A stretch of 64,000 bases of DNA from Chthonomonadales bacterium. GTDB taxonomy: Bacteria; Armatimonadota; Chthonomonadetes; Chthonomonadales; CAJBBX01. The notes beneath the pieces are model-generated. The model searched no databases, was not told the origin of the DNA, and saw only the letters and a program-made list of their open reading frames with translations. Positions 1-8,175 of the stretch are shown here, one piece after another (position 1 is the first letter of the stretch; each line of letters starts with the position of its first letter). The position numbers and the translations under genes were made by a program. The stretch is from contig JBBIPC010000003.1 in NCBI GenBank assembly GCA_037443035.1, forward strand, positions 79,952 through 143,951, given 5' to 3'.

Positions 1-7
1 GACATGG

Positions 8-1408
8 TTGACGGTAACTGCCGCCGTGCTCGTAGCCCTGGTGACGGTGCACTCCATCGTGCGAGCTTGGTGGCTGGAGAGGCTGCACGAAATGGCGCGA
101 GCGACTATCCCCCACGACGAGCCGCTTCGGGCGATTCTTGGCCGTTCTCTCAAGAGTGCACAGGGCGAGGCTGTGCCAGCGTCCGAGCTCGCGGCTTATG
201 CGGGTGTGACAGCGGCCGAGCTCTTGTGGCATTGGGCCACCATTGACCACAGTGTTATCGAGGCGGCTGCTTTCTCATCCACCGAGCCGATCCACAATGG
301 ATTTGACTTCGCACAGTACATCCATGACCATTACGATAGTCTCACGGAAGCCGGCAAGCAGGGGTTCGCCGACCGGCTCATGGGCTACGTTGGCGAGCAG
401 CACGTGGCAGACCTCCTCGCTGACCATTCCCATGCCGTGACGGTGGCAGACACATCCCATCAGGCCGTCTGGGATCTCCTCGTCGATGGCCACGCTGCTA
501 ATGTGAAGACGGTCGCCGATATCGCATCTATCAAGGCCGATGCGGCTGCCCATCCGCATGTCATCTACTACGTACCCGAAGATGCCCACGGCCATGCAGC
601 AGACAATATCGTTCAGTTGGCGGGGTTCAAGCACGATGCAGCGGCCCAGGCCGTGCACGATAGCATCGATTCCGCTCACGGTGTCCTACATCACCTACCG
701 TGGGTAACCATCGGGTTCGCCGTCTACCGGAACTACAGAGCTGTGCAGCAGGGCAAAGACATCGGAGTGGCCATCCACCATACCATTGCGGAGTCCATCG
801 GACGCGGCACAGGTGTTCTCGTAGGTGCAAAGACCGGCGCAGTCATAGGCACTGCGCTCGGTGGCCCGATCGGCACGTTTCTCGGTGCTATAGTCGGAAG
901 CATCACGGGAGGTCTTCTTGGCAACGCCGTGGTGAACGCATACAAGCAACGCCCGCTCATGCATGCGCTGGAGCGTCTCGAAAACGCCCTCGAGAGGTTT
1001 GGAGCCACCTATGCCAACAGGATCGAAGAGATTCGGGCCCTTGCTCGCGCGCCTCTGCAGAGGATGGAGGATGAGCTCCGACGGATCGCCGAGACAGTGG
1101 ACCACCGAAAGCACTCCTGGCGCTGGTGGTTGTGGCCCGATTTCTATACAGTGCTGCTCGAAGAAGCCATGGCCGCAGGCGGCCGGTACCTGCAGAGAGC
1201 ACGGGAAGATGCCCAGGCCGTCGAGAGCGTGCTGAATGACGCCGTCATCACGCGCCGCTACGCCAAGCTCGGAGCCCTTATGGCCAACTGCCCCATGGTG
1301 AGAGAGCGCCTGGGCTGCGACGAGGCCGCACTGGAGGCGGTATACAACGCACGCGAAGAGGTCCTCTTCCAGCGGAAGCAGCTCAACCCAAGTCTCGGCA
1401 CTGCGTAG
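8..1408 (+). CDS. Hypothetical His-rich membrane protein with a central glycine-zipper segment and a helical C-terminal region; may be 5'-truncated by the window edge
   Basis: 466-aa ORF with coding-like codon bias. The frame stays open to position 2. It has an N-terminal hydrophobic helix (AAVLVALVTVHSIV). The pattern GEQHVADLL...WDLLVDGHAANVK is reminiscent of a PD-(D/E)xK core. The glycine zipper is GTGVLVGAKTGAVIGTALGGPIGTFLGAIVGSITGGLLG. No family recognised. Confidence 0.55.
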   Translation: MTVTAAVLVALVTVHSIVRAWWLERLHEMARATIPHDEPLRAILGRSLKSAQGEAVPASELAAYAGVTAAELLWHWATIDHSVIEAAAFSSTEPIHNGFDFAQYIHDHYDSLTEAGKQGFADRLMGYVGEQHVADLLADHSHAVTVADTSHQAVWDLLVDGHAANVKTVADIASIKADAAAHPHVIYYVPEDAHGHAADNIVQLAGFKHDAAAQAVHDSIDSAHGVLHHLPWVTIGFAVYRNYRAVQQGKDIGVAIHHTIAESIGRGTGVLVGAKTGAVIGTALGGPIGTFLGAIVGSITGGLLGNAVVNAYKQRPLMHALERLENALERFGATYANRIEEIRALARAPLQRMEDELRRIAETVDHRKHSWRWWLWPDFYTVLLEEAMAAGGRYLQRAREDAQAVESVLNDAVITRRYAKLGALMANCPMVRERLGCDEAALEAVYNAREEVLFQRKQLNPSLGTA

Positions 1409-1531
1409 CGCGGCCGTGATGCGGGCGAGATGGGCCTGCCCTCTAGGCATGTCCATGCCACGTTGTCACAGGAAGCGCACGAGGTCGGGTAACTGATCAC
1501 CTAGCCGCTAGTCTGCTACAATCGCCGTACC

Positions 1532-2974
1532 ATGTCCTCAGCCGGCATGCTTCCCGAGTGTCACACGAAAATCATCGCCACCGTCGGTCCCGCTTGCGAC
1601 GATCGCGGCGTGCTCGAACGCATGATCCTGGCGGGCATGGACGTTGCCCGTCTGAACTTCTCGCATGGGACCTTCGACGATCATGCCCGCCGAATTGCGC
1701 GCGTTCGCGAGGCGGCCCAAGCGGTCGGTCGTCGTGTCACGCTCATGGCCGATCTGCCCGGCCCGAAGATGCGCATCGGTCGGCTGGAGCCCGACGTTGT
1801 GGTCCTGCGTCGTGATGACGAGTTCACATTGACGACGCGGGACGTGGTTGGAGGACATGACGTCGCACCTGTGCCACTACCCGAGTTCCCATCGCTGGTT
1901 CATGCCGGCGACCCCATCTTCCTGAACGACGGTCTGGTTCAGCTCCGTGTGGTACGCACCACGGCGACCGACGTCCTTTGCAGGGTAGAAGTGGGGGGTG
2001 AGCTCCGATCGCGGACAGGACTGAACCTGCCGGGGCTCAGTCTTTCCATCGAGGCGTTCACCGAGGCTGACCGTGCCGCTCTCGCCTTTGCCATGGAGCA
2101 GCGCGTCGAGGCGGTGAGCCAGTCCTTCGTGGAGCGTGCCTCCGACATCGAGGCGATTCGTCAGGCTGCCCACAAGATGGGAGCAGACCCGTTCATCATC
2201 GCGAAGATCGAACGCGGAGCTGCTCTCCAACATGTTGACGATATCCTGAAGGTGGCCGACGGCATCATGGTTGCCCGCGGTGATCTTGGAGTGGAGATCC
2301 CCATCGAGCGGATCGCCTTGGTACAGAAGGAATTGGTCCGCAAGGCGAACCTGGCCGGGCGTCCGGTTATAGCTGCCACACAGCTACTCGAGTCCATGAC
2401 TTCCTCGCGTTTACCAACGCGTGCTGAGGCAACGGACGTTGCCAACGCCGTGCTGGACGGAGCTGACTGCTTGATGCTATCGGGAGAGAGTGCCGTGGGT
2501 GCGTTCCCCGTGGAGGCCGTTGCCATGCTCGCCAGCATCGCAGGTACCATCGAGGAGCTGAAGCCCTCCAATGTCGTGCGGGAGCATCTGACTCGACAGG
2601 CACGAGGATCGGAGCCCGAACTTCGTGACGTGGTGGCGGTCAGCGTGGGCGCCATGGTCGAGCAGTTCGATCCCGCGGCCATCGTCGTGCCTAGCAGAAC
2701 CGGCGCCACCGCACGAAGCATTGCCCGCTTCAGGCCGAGAGCATGGATTCTTGCCGTCAGTTCCGACGAGGCCACGTGCAGTGGTCTTCAGTTCAGCGCA
2801 GGCGTACATCCCATCTGGGAACCTGAGGAAATCAACGACTGGACCAGCTACATTCGCGACCGCATTCGCGGCAAGCTCGTGAATGGCGACCTGTTCATGC
2901 TTGCGGCGGGACCCTCGCCGTGCCATCCGGAAGCGAACCTCCGCGTCGAGGTCGTGGACCTTCGGAGCCGCTAG
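1532..2974 (+). CDS. pyk: Pyruvate kinase
   Basis: 480-aa ORF. KIIATVGPA, MDVARLNFSHG, LADLPGPKMRIG and MVARGDLGVEIP motifs are diagnostic of pyruvate kinase. Confidence 0.95.
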   Translation: MSSAGMLPECHTKIIATVGPACDDRGVLERMILAGMDVARLNFSHGTFDDHARRIARVREAAQAVGRRVTLMADLPGPKMRIGRLEPDVVVLRRDDEFTLTTRDVVGGHDVAPVPLPEFPSLVHAGDPIFLNDGLVQLRVVRTTATDVLCRVEVGGELRSRTGLNLPGLSLSIEAFTEADRAALAFAMEQRVEAVSQSFVERASDIEAIRQAAHKMGADPFIIAKIERGAALQHVDDILKVADGIMVARGDLGVEIPIERIALVQKELVRKANLAGRPVIAATQLLESMTSSRLPTRAEATDVANAVLDGADCLMLSGESAVGAFPVEAVAMLASIAGTIEELKPSNVVREHLTRQARGSEPELRDVVAVSVGAMVEQFDPAAIVVPSRTGATARSIARFRPRAWILAVSSDEATCSGLQFSAGVHPIWEPEEINDWTSYIRDRIRGKLVNGDLFMLAAGPSPCHPEANLRVEVVDLRSR

Positions 2975-4557
2975 CGGGCAAGCCGCACAACGTAAGTGCT
3001 TACGGACCTTGGGGGGATCGTATCCTGCAAGCCCGCTTGTCGCGTCCAAAGTACCTTGAACGGTCGGCAGTTCCAGGCTGTTCCGTTGCTGTCGTCCATG
3101 GTCCTCCACCCCTCCACGCTGAGAACCTTCATTGCCAGCGCCATGGGGTCGAAACTGACGGTACGCGGTTCCTTGCCATCGTGATGCACAACGATGACCA
3201 GGCGATCCCTCGTAGGCGATAGTGCCGCCACCGTCCAGAAGTCGCTGGTTTCCACGAAACGGTAACCTGGGCGGAGAAACCGGCTGTACTGCATCATGGC
3301 GTAGAACGCCTTGGAGATGATGAACTCGCCAGGTTGGTAGGTCCGGCCCTGCCACTCCATCGGTGTATCAGCAGCCGCCTGGATCAGACCGTACGTGAAG
3401 CGATACCACACGCAGTACTGTAGCGGCTCGACAGCCTGCCAGTAGACCCAGGCACTCGGCCGCAGGCGTGCGAGATCGCTGGCAATAGCCCTGGTCTGCG
3501 GTAGGGCACACCGCATGTCGTTGGGCACGTAGCCTGCGTTGTCCCATTCGCGATGGCTCACTTCCGACATCCACACAGACCCAATCCCCAGGCGCTGGCA
3601 AGCCTCTCTCAAGCGATCCTGACTCTCCCACCCGGAATAGGAGTGTACATTCACCCGGCCAATGGTCCGCTGGTCCAGCGCTCCCCTCGATGGATCCGTA
3701 AGCCACTCCAACGTGCTCAGCGCAGTCAACGCATCGTTCTCGTCGGAGCATGCAATGGTGCACCTCGATCCTTGGCGGTCCAACTCCCGACGTAGCGCCC
3801 TGAGCACGCGCGCCTGGGTTTCTGGCAGCATTCGACAGCCCTCCTGGCCATCCTTGTCAGCCCGCCACCACCAGGCTGACGGCTCGTTGAAGGGTTCCAG
3901 CGACGTGAACCGCACGCCGGCCGCCTTCTGCAGATCAGCCGCAACACGCACGAGCCAGTGGGCATACTCCTGCTCGCATTCGGGTTTCAGGTTCTCGCCA
4001 CCGTTGTCTCCGCCGTGGGTATCGCCGTTCCGGAGCATCCAGTACGGCGGAGAATTCACGAAGAGCTCGAACACGCTTGCACCGCAGCGCCTGGCTTGCC
4101 GTAGACACGCGATCTGGCCACGATCACGTTCGGGGTGGAACGTGCCATCGCGATCGAGGAGGACCTGGACTCTGCCGCCAGGTCGGAAGCGTATCGGATC
4201 GGCATCGGGCGAAGTGCCGCCGGCGTTGTAGCGGACAACGTTCAGGCCCAAGCAGTCGGGAGCACGACCGAACAGCCGGCGGCAGACCTCGCGCTGAGCC
4301 TGTTCTGGCCAGTGCTCGGTGAAAACGCTCCACCAGGACAGACTGCAGCCGAAGCCATCCCACTGTCGAATCGTGACCGACTCTGGATGGATCGTGATAG
4401 TCTCGACGCCGCCGGCAGGAACCAGCATGGGAAGCACCACCAGGGCTGCGAGCAAGGACACTCCTCTCTTGCCGTAGCGTGTTTGCGCCCTCCGCAGCCG
4501 CGGAGTTGGCCCGTGCGCACCACTTGCCTCAGAGCGCTGGATGACGAGCGAGCTCAC
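2971..4557 (-). CDS. Secreted glycoside hydrolase, GH30-like
   Basis: 528-aa ORF. The GTG start overlaps the upstream stop (GTGA at 4554-4557). It has a hydrophobic N-terminal anchor. WDGFGCSLSWW, EPFNEPSAWWW and VWMSEVS motifs fit a GH30-type TIM barrel, with a C-terminal beta-sandwich. Confidence 0.7.
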   Translation of the reverse strand: MSSLVIQRSEASGAHGPTPRLRRAQTRYGKRGVSLLAALVVLPMLVPAGGVETITIHPESVTIRQWDGFGCSLSWWSVFTEHWPEQAQREVCRRLFGRAPDCLGLNVVRYNAGGTSPDADPIRFRPGGRVQVLLDRDGTFHPERDRGQIACLRQARRCGASVFELFVNSPPYWMLRNGDTHGGDNGGENLKPECEQEYAHWLVRVAADLQKAAGVRFTSLEPFNEPSAWWWRADKDGQEGCRMLPETQARVLRALRRELDRQGSRCTIACSDENDALTALSTLEWLTDPSRGALDQRTIGRVNVHSYSGWESQDRLREACQRLGIGSVWMSEVSHREWDNAGYVPNDMRCALPQTRAIASDLARLRPSAWVYWQAVEPLQYCVWYRFTYGLIQAAADTPMEWQGRTYQPGEFIISKAFYAMMQYSRFLRPGYRFVETSDFWTVAALSPTRDRLVIVVHHDGKEPRTVSFDPMALAMKVLSVEGWRTMDDSNGTAWNCRPFKVLWTRQAGLQDTIPPRSVSTYVVRLAR

Positions 4558-6080
4558 TTCCTAGCTAGCAGCACCCAGTCGTTCGCATCCGGAATGACAA
4601 AGGTACGCTTTGCGCCGCCGGTCACCTTGATGCGGTTGGCAACCTTGCCTGTTCGTGGATCGATCCAACTGGCTGTCAGGGTGCCAGTCACCTTCTCCAA
4701 GTTCAAGGTCACGGCGTCCCCTGATGGCGAATACGCCACGTAGCACTGCCCCTCGTCCGCCAGGCAGATGCCTGTACTCGAAGCTTCCGGCACAGGACTC
4801 ATGCGCCAGTACGGCAACGACTGAATGAGATCGCCCATGACCTTCAGGAACGGAAACAGGCGCCCGGATGGCTTCGTGGCAGCACCAAGCTCGCTAAAGG
4901 TCTTGCCCACGTCACCACGACGCTGCCACCGACGTGGTGGCACGACCTCGTCGGCGTAGTTGATCTGGCCGCCGCTCAATGCTATCGTCCACGCGGCCTT
5001 TCGCATGTTATCTACGTCGAGACCCGCATCCTCCTGGTACAGGTTACCCTCCCATAGGCACTCGTGGGCCAGGATGGGTTTGGGCACGCGACGGTGGAGA
5101 CCGACGAACCATGTGTACTTCGTTGCGTTCCAGTCGGTGAGCTTGTCCTGCACCGTATGATAAGAGAACCACTCTGCCCTTTGAACCGTCACAGAGCTGG
5201 CCTTCAAGGAATGAACACTCGCGACGTGTCGGCCCGCATCTAGCTCCCTCAGACGCGCACCGACCCGGAGGATGTGCTCCTCTGAAAAGCCCTCTTCCCA
5301 TTCGGAGGTGGGCTGAAACGTCGCGTTCCAGTAACCACTCCATCGGGCCACCCAGTACCGCAAGAACAGGTCTTCGGCATCCCGCGTGGCTATCTTCGGC
5401 ATGCCATTCGTGCCACCGAAGAGGTTGAACGGGATGAGCACCATTCCACGTCTGCCCATGGCCGCAACGACGCGGTCCAGCGCCCTCCACTCAGCCAAGT
5501 TGAAGCGACGAAAGTCCGTCTTGCCTCCGGCTCCGGTCTCCCATAGGATCCTGTCGGGCGGCAAGAGATGCGGGCCGACGATCGTGTTGAAGTGCTGATT
5601 CTGCAGATACCGCAGCGTTCGGTCGAGGACCTCGGGCGACAGAGATTCGGCGTACCACAGATGAAAAGCCCGGACGTAGAAGGGTGTTCCATCGGCATGC
5701 TCGAACCATAGCGGGTTCTTCAACGACACCCGCAGTGGTCCATGCTCCCTCCCGCGGTTACAACGGAAGGCCCCGCTTCCGCCAGCAGCACCATCCGAGA
5801 ACCGAGCCTCGTACCGCCACACGCCGAGTTCGTCAGGCATGAAACGTAGTCTCCAGGTTCCGTTGCCATCGTAGAAGCCCTCGGTGGTCATCCGCTGGCC
5901 AGACGGAGCCGTGAAGACCGCATCCAACGAGACCTCTGTGAAGGGATTCGCGTAGATGCGGCTGTTGCTGAAGGCTGTCTCGAACAGCCCCCATTTCGAG
6001 ACAGACTGCTTCGGCGGCTCGGCCACCGCATGCGATGTGACCAGGGCGAGCACCGCAACGAACACCCCCCAGCCCACCAT
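4554..6080 (-). CDS. DUF5060/DUF4038-type (GH140-like) putative glycoside hydrolase
   Basis: The ORF track gives 4554..6227. I prefer Met-50 (MVGWGVFVAVLALVTSHAVA, signal-like) at 6080, which removes the overlap with 6125..6556. FTAPSGQRMTTEGFYDGNGTWRLRFMPDELGVWRY matches my memory of DUF5060. A cellulase-like region and a C-terminal beta domain follow. Confidence 0.7.
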   Translation of the reverse strand: MVGWGVFVAVLALVTSHAVAEPPKQSVSKWGLFETAFSNSRIYANPFTEVSLDAVFTAPSGQRMTTEGFYDGNGTWRLRFMPDELGVWRYEARFSDGAAGGSGAFRCNRGREHGPLRVSLKNPLWFEHADGTPFYVRAFHLWYAESLSPEVLDRTLRYLQNQHFNTIVGPHLLPPDRILWETGAGGKTDFRRFNLAEWRALDRVVAAMGRRGMVLIPFNLFGGTNGMPKIATRDAEDLFLRYWVARWSGYWNATFQPTSEWEEGFSEEHILRVGARLRELDAGRHVASVHSLKASSVTVQRAEWFSYHTVQDKLTDWNATKYTWFVGLHRRVPKPILAHECLWEGNLYQEDAGLDVDNMRKAAWTIALSGGQINYADEVVPPRRWQRRGDVGKTFSELGAATKPSGRLFPFLKVMGDLIQSLPYWRMSPVPEASSTGICLADEGQCYVAYSPSGDAVTLNLEKVTGTLTASWIDPRTGKVANRIKVTGGAKRTFVIPDANDWVLLARK

Positions 6081-6124
6081 GCCGTGCGTACCGGTGAATG
6101 GGGCTTCGGCCTGGACCTCCGGCC

Positions 6125-6556
6125 CTAGAGATGCAGGATGTTCACATCTCCCCATTTGTGCCTGAGGTACTCGGCCACTAGCCTCCGATGGCACTTGTGT
6201 GCTAGGTCCTCGCTGCAGAGCAAGCACGCCTCATTGAAACGCTCTCGATCGAGGTTCTCCACCGCGCGATCTTTCATGAGCTCGATGAATCGGGCTGCGT
6301 AGCCTGGCCAATCCACGCGCCGTTTTCGATAGTCGGTCAACAGCTCCTGCGTGGGGGCGAGATCAGGAATGTGCTCGTACCCGATCTGCAGAATGGCCTC
6401 TAGGAAGAACTCCAGGTCATCTTTCTTGGCGAAACCGGCGAGCTGCGATACGTTGTTGAGGCGAACGTCCACGATCTTGCGCACACCGGCATTGCGAAGG
6501 CGATTGAAAAAGCACCTTGCCGTGGTTCCTGTGTACCCGATGGTAAAGATGTTCAT
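6125..6556 (-). CDS. DUF488 domain protein (short subfamily)
   Basis: 143 aa. MNIFTIGYTG, VDVRLNN and CLLCSEDLAHKCHRRLVAEYL are DUF488 (YeaO-like) hallmarks. The start overlaps the upstream stop by 4 nt. Confidence 0.8.
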   Translation of the reverse strand: MNIFTIGYTGTTARCFFNRLRNAGVRKIVDVRLNNVSQLAGFAKKDDLEFFLEAILQIGYEHIPDLAPTQELLTDYRKRRVDWPGYAARFIELMKDRAVENLDRERFNEACLLCSEDLAHKCHRRLVAEYLRHKWGDVNILHL

Positions 6557-7182
6557 GCTCCAGGCCCCCTTCCCGCGTGGCGATGTCGCCGACGTGAGAC
6601 ATCATATGCGATTCTCTCAGCTTGACGAGCGTACGCTTCGGCGACGATTTCTTCCCTGCTCCTGAAGAGATCGTACTCCGGCAGTCTCTGTTCTCGCACC
6701 ATCCGTCCCACAGTATCCTCGTGCTCCTCGAGACTGCCATCGGCAAGAATGTGCACGACTCTGACGTCAAGGGACGCCATATGCCGTGCGATGAGGAGTG
6801 TACGATGGCAGGATAGGGGATCCTTCTCGGCACACATGAGCGCTGGCGTGTGTTCTCTCAATAGCTGCAGAAGACGCCGCACACCTTCCCGAAACGGAAC
6901 GCTCGCCTCGACACGGTCGTACTCGACCCTGCCATCCTCATAGCACGCTGGGTCGCGCGGTCGTCCACCTAGCTCGTCGCCGAGATAGTAATACGCAAGG
7001 CCGCTGCGTGCCAGCAAGGCGCTGAACCGCTCCCTATCGAACTGCGGGTTGTGCTGGCTGTAAGGATGCGATCGTACGTCCACGATCGCCGTAACACCAT
7101 GCCTCCGTACCATGCGGACGAAATCCTCGGCCTGGTGGTTAGAGTGTCCGACGGTGTATAGAGTGCTCAACAGCCCGCTCAT
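6553..7182 (-). CDS. DUF488 domain protein (long subfamily with C-terminal extension)
   Basis: LYTVGHSN, IVDVRSHPYS and CAEKDPLSCHRTLLIARH are DUF488 hallmarks. The ATG at 7182 is preceded by GGAGGGG. An alternative ATG at 7209 has a weaker RBS. Confidence 0.8.
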   Translation of the reverse strand: MSGLLSTLYTVGHSNHQAEDFVRMVRRHGVTAIVDVRSHPYSQHNPQFDRERFSALLARSGLAYYYLGDELGGRPRDPACYEDGRVEYDRVEASVPFREGVRRLLQLLREHTPALMCAEKDPLSCHRTLLIARHMASLDVRVVHILADGSLEEHEDTVGRMVREQRLPEYDLFRSREEIVAEAYARQAERIAYDVSRRRHRHAGRGPGA

Positions 7183-7218
7183 GGACCACCCCTCCAAAGA
7201 GGCCGGCATCGCGTATCG

Positions 7219-7971
7219 TCAGCTCTCACGTGAGGACTCGTCGCGCAACAATGCGGCAAACTCCAAGCGTAGTCGATCTACAAACTCCTTGGTCCCAAGA
7301 GCCTGCGTGACACTCTGCGACGTGATGACTGCTGCAGCGAGCTTGTAGGCGTAGCCATGGAAGGGTTCTCCAAGACTGATGCACAGCAGCGCGTCGTCCA
7401 TAGAGTACACGCTCCCCGCTTCCCAGTCTTGCTTCCGAATCTGCGGATCGGTCACCACGAGCTTGTAGTGCTCGCCACAGAGATCGAACGAGGCTCGAAT
7501 ACGTTGTTTGCTCCAGCCCCGCAGCTGTTCGTACGTGGCCTGGAGTTCCACATTCTCCGGCCGAACGAGGTACAGCGACCTCGATAAACCCCGCAGACAT
7601 TCCTCTGGCACTCGGTCATTGTACCCACCGGAGCTCGAGTCTCCGTTCAGCCACAGAGGTCCTTCGGGAGACTCGACAAGCTTCCCCAGTTCCTCGCATG
7701 TCATGTAGCCAGCCCTCCTCCAATCACCGCTGGCTATCACGTGGTTCTCGGTGTGATGGCGGAAAGGTGCGTGGGAAGCAACGGGAACCTCGACGATGTG
7801 GGAAGGCAGAAACTGCCAGTAGTAACTCGTCGGCACAGGTCCCCCAGCTTCATCTGCTACCAGCCGGATCCACGGCCCGAAGCCCTGGTCGGTGACAAGC
7901 CGACCAGCCACACACCGGCCACCGTCCCGCTTCGAGTTCGCCAGACATACCAACTTCCGGTACTCCCCCAT
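7219..7971 (-). CDS. Uncharacterised 250-aa protein with N-terminal KLVCLANSKRDGGRCVAGR motif (possibly a dual-OB type family; name uncertain)
   Basis: Clean ORF with coding-like bias on the same strand, immediately upstream of the two DUF488 genes. No enzymatic motif recognised. Confidence 0.7.
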   Translation of the reverse strand: MGEYRKLVCLANSKRDGGRCVAGRLVTDQGFGPWIRLVADEAGGPVPTSYYWQFLPSHIVEVPVASHAPFRHHTENHVIASGDWRRAGYMTCEELGKLVESPEGPLWLNGDSSSGGYNDRVPEECLRGLSRSLYLVRPENVELQATYEQLRGWSKQRIRASFDLCGEHYKLVVTDPQIRKQDWEAGSVYSMDDALLCISLGEPFHGYAYKLAAAVITSQSVTQALGTKEFVDRLRLEFAALLRDESSRES

Positions 7972-8175
7972 ACGCTACCTCCTTCGCATGCATCTCACAT
8001 CCAATGGTGTGGTCATATTCGTGCGTGCGCATTCAAGAAGAGACTCGAAGGCAGTGGGCAACAAGCGGAAGAACCGATACAGACTCCCGCGAAAGAGACT
8101 CGCGATCCATGCGGCGCCCATCTAGCGGAGCCGGTCGGAGGAAGGGGTTCGCGCAGCGACAAAAAGAGATGCGTG

